This document shows positions 57,601 to 64,000 of a DNA stretch of 64,000 bases, one piece after another (the first letter of the stretch is position 1; every line of letters begins with the position of its first letter). Under the pieces are notes generated by a model. That model saw only the letters and a list, made by a program, of their open reading frames with translations, made no database searches and was not told the DNA's origin. The stretch covers positions 18,532,950-18,596,949 of the forward strand of contig NC_134029.1 in the NCBI RefSeq assembly GCF_964204645.1, in the 5' to 3' direction. The DNA is from Tubulanus polymorphus. Its lineage: Eukaryota > Animalia > Nemertea. The translations under genes were made by a program, and so were the position numbers.

Positions 57601-60600
57601 CGCTCTATGCACACTATAGCAAAGGCACTACATGAAAAAATGCTTTGCCGTCTTCGTTTGTGGGAGACCTTTTTATCTGTTCTGTATGCTCTCGTAAATT
57701 TCGTCATTAGGTGAGCAAAATCGACTCCGTAACTTCGAAATGAGCTTGAATCCCAGATTAACTTTCCCAGATGACTTTATCACCAATTTTAGGATAAGAA
57801 AATTGATACCTCGTTTCTCCTGTCTGCTGAACTTAAAAGTGTTGACCCTGCCGGCCGCCTATCTACCATGTACCGGTACATAACGTTTAGAAAATTATGA
57901 TGAAGCTTACCTTAACAGACCCAGCAGCTATAGAAATTAACTGATTACACATCTTATTGCGATTTAGAAAATGACCCGACCGATTAGGAGAAACAAGGTT
58001 TTATTTTTGATCTTAAGATAGGGATTGACCCTGTTATTTATTTGATTGGTAGATTTCGTTTCATTTTCTTGAGTTGGTGTCCTCCTTACAAACCCACCAC
58101 ACCTACCGGGAGCGAAACAGGGGTGCCATATATTAGTTACCGTTTTCATCTTCTTCCAAGGGACCGAGCTCCAGTAATCCAGAGAATTGCACGATTTCCA
58201 TGTCTCCTTTGAGCATTTCGGATACTTACGGTCAAAAACTAAACGGGAAGGAAAACAATGATTTGTATATTTCAACATATTCTACATTTATTTATTTAAT
58301 TCAATTATTTATTAATTTCCTGAATAATTTACATCAATGAATACCAGATTTATAAAATGACAATAGTTAATTGATTTGTTTTGCGCATACATACATAGAC
58401 TGACGTAAAATAACAGCAGGGCAGCCGGAGAAAAGCAGAGCTTGTAATATCAGGCACCCTAAAAGAAGACAAGAGGAAATGAAATACACAAAAAACAACA
58501 TATTGCCCGTAAAGATTTCCACGTGTACTCTTCTGTCCGTAGGAGAAAGAGAGTTCGTGTGCAATTTCACTCGGCTCGGTCCGGTGGGATAAACGTTCTG
58601 GACCGAAGACAATCGTCTGCGTTGAGTAGACAAACAAACTACGCGGAGATGATCAGAATTTCATTAGTATCAGGTCAATATTTGTAGTTTACATTTATCC
58701 CGAGATAACATCCACTCGCTTCCCTAGATACCGCCAGTATTGATTAACGCGCTCGTTCTCAAATCTCTTAACTTAGCCGATAAGTCAAAAACTAATCTTT
58801 TCCATCGGAAAATGCTCATAATTCCGCGTGATCGGCGGTATTCTCATGAAATAATGCGCCGACAGTTCGCTGAAATGTGTAATGCGGTTATTTTATTGGG
58901 GATTTTGAGGGATTAGGCGACGAGGCCTAGTGAGTAATTCCTGCTGATGATACGGAGGGTTTAAGGACTGATGACGGGAAAATGATTACGTTTGTATGGA
59001 CATAGTTGATACTGTAAGACATTCATTAAATGAATTTCATAATCCCGTCGCAAAGTCGCTTGCTTAAGCGCCTATATTGATGATGCTTTTTTGAAACCAA
59101 TTCCGGCGTAAACGTAAAAATGCGGCAGCGAGATTTGAAAATGAATATACATATTCATAGTGGAACATTTGATAAGATAATTCGTTCAAGAAGTTTGTTT
59201 CATACACTCTGTCTGGATAATGTCACGAAATGCTAAGTGTGTGTAAAAGGTTAATCCCATTAAAACGAATTTGTGGCCAAATATTCCACCAGAGTTTGGT
59301 TTTTTAACTTTTGAGGTATTTTGATATTTAATATATTTAATATTCCTATTGCTTTCTTTATCAGATTCAACAAATTAACTCTAAGCTAAGACCTTGACTT
59401 GTTCCCTTTGATCTATTCATCCAACCTATACATTTTTCAGAGAAATAAATGAATACATTTCCAATAAACGTATTACAAAACAGATAGAATTAATAGGATT
59501 GAATTCGTGATTCTAGAACTACATATGGGATACCGAGGAGATTTATAGGAGCTCAATCTATATACTGGGTAAGTATATGTAGATTAGCTTTTACAAATCG
59601 TTTTAAAAATGCAAGTCAGTGAGTCTAGATTCGTTTCTCATTTATCACAAACGGATGCGTTCTTTCTCCGCCGAACATTCGAACGCGAGAATGATTTGTT
59701 GTACTCATTAAATAGGCAAATTATCTCGCCTCGTATCTACGTTCGATCGTTTATAAATCTGTGTTGAAATTCCGGAATTTGTAGCCGGATTTGTCAGTCT
59801 TGGCTTTAGAGATCCATCGCTGAAATCTCAAATGCGGCTGCCTGGATTAAACGCAGGATTAAACTCCTTCGTCGAGAACGTTTTATCAATGACTGGCGAA
59901 GATTCACTCGCCTTTGAAGCCGTGATATTTTTAAATTAAGATTTATCTGCGGCAACGCATTAGAAATCTTCAGTGATGTCTAACTTCGAGGGACTCATAT
60001 ACTCCCTATGAAAACCCCAAAATTCACAATTTCCATTTTTAATAAATGACCCGGCTTTAAGGATTATATTTTCGACAGCTTGGAGTGGCCAGTTGTAATA
60101 AATTGGGAATAATTTAGAAATTAAGGAATTTCACCGGATTAAAATGATGTGTAGATTGACGATTTTGAGGCAGATGGTGGTATGAATGGAACTTGCCGGC
60201 AATTTATCTTTTACACGATTTGTGACAAGAGTTTAAAACAGCAGTAATGAAACAGTCGGTGTCCAAATCTTCACTTGTGCTTTTTTGAAGATGCTTTTGT
60301 TTTCGAAAGTCCCTGCTCTACTACCCCATTCGATGTTATATTGTCAAGTAGAAGACACATATTAATGATCGCACTTTGCACCGCTTATGCAGAATAACGA
60401 GAATGTGAGAAAAAAAAAATCCGTATCCCTGTGATTCTGGATCTAGCTGTTAACATTCGGGGAAGGAAATATGTGGACAAGACCTAAACTAATCTGTGGC
60501 CGATGAACTACGATGGTGTGCTAAATCCTTGTGCGAAAAAACGACTAAATTTAATTATGCAGAAGTTGTGCAAAAAAGGAAATGCAATTTATTATTGAAT

Positions 60601-61144
60601 AGAATATCTATTAGGCAATATGACAACATATGCAGAGTATGAGTCAAAGCAATAACGATTTATCAACTACAAATAAATCCACGTGTTGAAAGTAAATCTT
60701 TAGACCAGTCGGTGCGTCATTACTGATGACATAATACGCGAAGATTGATGTCGTCTTAATCACGGCGGATTCGGGACCTAAATATTGATATTTTTGCGAG
60801 GAAGTTGACAAGATGGTCAACTTTTAAACCTTTTATGACGAAAGAACGAGAGGGTTCAATGTTCATGAACCATACAATCTATATTCATATAGTCTATATT
60901 CAATTTAAGAATTATACATTTATCAATATGATATGCATAAAAAGGATTAGCACAACAAACTTGGAGCGAGGAATACTATATGATGGCTATTATACATACA
61001 AATTCAGCCCCGTATAGAAATAAGTCCGATTCAATGAAAATGTCTTAAAACCAATTCACATTGTGGAAGAACTTGTTTTGAACAGATATATCTTCCAAAC
61101 CTTTCCATCCATTGATTTCCCGCACAAACAGGTGAAACATCATA

Positions 61145-61481
61145 AGCCGCGATCAAACGGAGACGATTTTGCCCGGGCCTAATCGTCATGGATTAGGCCC
61201 GAGTAAATTAGGGGATAAACGGGGATTTGGCCCGTGCCTAATAAGAGAGCGCGTTCGCGCGTAATCCACTTCACAATACTAAAAAAGTGATAAGTGAGTC
61301 ACTTCCGGAACCTGTAGTAATAATTTGACTTTGCTAAAATTTGGCTCGGGCCTGGTCCAACATTTTTGGTCGGATCAAATTTGGCCCGGACCAAACAGGC
61401 GCGGGCCCATTTGGAACCCGTGTGAACAGTTGTTCCGGGCCAAATTTGGCACGAGGCAAAAATGCTCGCGTAATCGCGGCT
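61145..61481. mobile_element. PIF/Harbinger-like MITE with AAATTTGGCCC internal repeats
   Basis: AGCCGCGAT...ATCGCGGCT termini with 3-bp TSD ATA; relatives at ~11662-11939, ~2480-2886 and ~20806-20880. Confidence 0.7.
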
Positions 61482-63569
61482 ATAGTGTTAATATCTTTAG
61501 CGTCATCGGCAATGCTTCTTTAACCGAGTTAATGAGTGCCATTACGGTAACCACAAAATTGCCGAGGCTTTTCGCGTCGTGTTTTAAAACGACATTAATG
61601 TTGAATTTACGTCTCGTCGTATTGCACCGTAAAGTGATTACAGTCAAAGGTTGTCCTGGCTGATAATTGCCGCAAACCTCATCATCAGATCGCACGTCTG
61701 CCCCTGATCGCATTATTGATTATGATACGAACGCGCGCGTCTAACGTGGAAAAATAGCGTTTATTAGTGTGATTGCCGTCAGTCGCTGACAATGTATTCT
61801 AATCACCCGAGGGATGGTAATTATGGATTATTTTTTGCGTCAAGTGTCATTATTAACAAGAACGATTGCATATTGGCTTTATTGAGTCTCATTTGCCTTT
61901 GATAACTTGTCAAGATTGTGATTAACAAGTTTGCTGATACAAATCCGAAGCCACGCATCTTGCTGACCAGCGTGAGAGATGGCCAGAAATCTACAACCGC
62001 GGTTTCTACCGCGGCGTCCGGGATCGGATTAAGCAAGGTGGCAATTTTTGATCACGCCAAAGATTTATGGAATGTTGTTAAGTCATATTCTTTACTTGGC
62101 CTTGATAAATCAGCTCGTCTCATACTAATTGACTGAAGGAAATCTATCACAGAAATCTCTAATTATAAGAAATCTCTTACTTGGATTTGTTTGACTTTCG
62201 TGTGAAAATGTTTCATCCAGAACACTTGTCAGCGGGATGCGTACATTGGGAACGCAAAGAATGGTAGAGCATTGTGTACACAACTAGTTCCAGGACTGGG
62301 CGAAGAATGTATTAATGAAAAACGAATAAATTAAATTATTTTTTGTGAATGAATTAACGACTGAATCAGATCATTTAATGTGAATGAATACATTTTTATA
62401 ACGTTCTTACAATGATAATCTTCTATTCAAATGAACAACACTACACCATTTCTCTTATATAACGTACACATTTGTAATATGCAAATGAAGGCGCTTAAAG
62501 ATAAAACGCCAAAGAGAGATGAACGTCGAATTTTCTATCAAAAATCGATTTATTGCGCCCTAAAGCGAAGCCTCTTTGACACACCCGTGAAAGTTTGTTA
62601 CCAAGCCTAAAATTGCAGCATTTAAAAATAAGCAATAAGGACTAAATGAAATATCGATTTGTATGGTAATAAAAAACGTAGATCGTTATTATAATAAACA
62701 ATGAAGCATGTTGTTGACAAAGGTTTTTCAGGTTGGATAAGGGGGGGGGGTCTGAATTAGTATTCGCTGATCTTTAAAAAGGGTTTTTGATTCTTAAATA
62801 GCGCCTGAAAAATCAGAAGTCCCAGCGCATTTTTAAGTCACTATATTTTGAAATGACATATATCTAGAAAAATCAATATCATATCAAATTATGTATCTTC
62901 TACAGTCATATTTGGGTTTAGCCCTCCATAGAGTTCCGAGACGAGGACGACGAGAGGTCCCTTTAGCTTTTATTAGTAAAACCATGTCGTGCCACCCGAT
63001 GATAAATAAATGATTGGGTTAAGAAATCAGCGTTTTCGGTTGCGTGCGCGAAATCCTTGGTTTGCCGGCTGAAAAGATTTCCCCGCGGACGACGAAAGAT
63101 ACAAAGCGATTCGGTCGAAAGATTAACAGCCGAACTTTCGATTGGGCCGATATGCGCGTTAATCACCGAAAACAAATACATCTGAACGCTAGATAAATAT
63201 TGATATATTAATTTCTGCAACAACATGAATCGATTGAATGCAAACGATCACCTGACACGCTATCGATGTTGATCAGATGAACCGATACCCGCCAAGCAGA
63301 CGCTCAATCGAGACATGGTTCTTGTTTAATATCTGACCACTAGAATGACTAATGAGGCGTGCAATTTAATTGACTAGATGCAGGTAATGTTTCGATGAGG
63401 TTGATTTCTTGGTGCTTCCGATATAAGATATGTCGTTTTCCCTGCCGTATAGGATATTTTGAAATTTATCAACCATTTTTGGACGTGTCATAATATGGTG
63501 GCTGCCGATTTGAAAATTATTATTCCAAATTAAAGGGTTGAGAGGCCAAAGAAGAAACTAAAAACACAG

Positions 63570-63657
63570 CCGCGGTCAGGGAATTGAATCCACGAACCTG
63601 CGATTATTGAGATCAGTACGCAAACGACCGACAATTTACACCACTCAGCCGGACAAG
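63570..63657 (-). mobile_element. tRNA-derived SINE-like head (Pol III A/B boxes)
   Basis: The minus strand has GGCTGAGTGG (A-box-like) and GGATTCAATTCCC (B-box-like) but no complete cloverleaf. Confidence 0.45.
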
Positions 63658-64000
63658 TTAATATACGTTATGATAATAATTGACATTGAAATATTTAGAT
63701 TTAAAACATACTTTTCGAAACGAAGATTTCTTAAATACTACGAACACCGAATGATGATGTGTATAGTGATTACAAAACCAATAAGCGCCTTTAGAATTAA
63801 AATTCCCTTATCATATCGAAACAAAGAAATTTCTAGCTAACACTTCTATTTTCATTATGATTTTGCTATTAGCATTTTTTTCAAATCATATACCACGTTT
63901 CTCGTATCAATCTTAAAGATTAGATTTAGATTAGTTTCGATGAGTTTGATTTTTTCTCGGTGCTTCCGATATAAAATATGTCGTTTTCCCTGCCGTATAG

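Overview
AT-rich, intron-rich genomic DNA from an invertebrate animal; the species cannot be determined from the sequence. Hand-splicing at GT-AG sites, with reading-frame phases checked across junctions, gives six protein-coding genes: the 3' part of an LMO7/LIMCH1-like LIM gene (+), PSMF1/PI31 (+), cathepsin O (-), RPS3 (+), cyclin I (+) and NFXL1 (-). The introns also hold a class A GPCR pseudogene (antisense in the LIM gene), an internally deleted hAT transposon with transposase remnants, many non-autonomous DNA elements (P/Galileo-like foldback, hAT-, piggyBac-, Tc1/pogo- and Harbinger-like MITEs) and SINE fragments. The most notable unexplained features are a head-to-head cathepsin O/RPS3 pair with start codons 54 bp apart, an 85-nt pri-miRNA-like hairpin in the long putative cyclin I 3' UTR, and chains of frame-compatible micro-exon candidates upstream of NFXL1. 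No clearly novel multi-gene system could be established from sequence alone. All family calls come from recalled motifs, not database searches.
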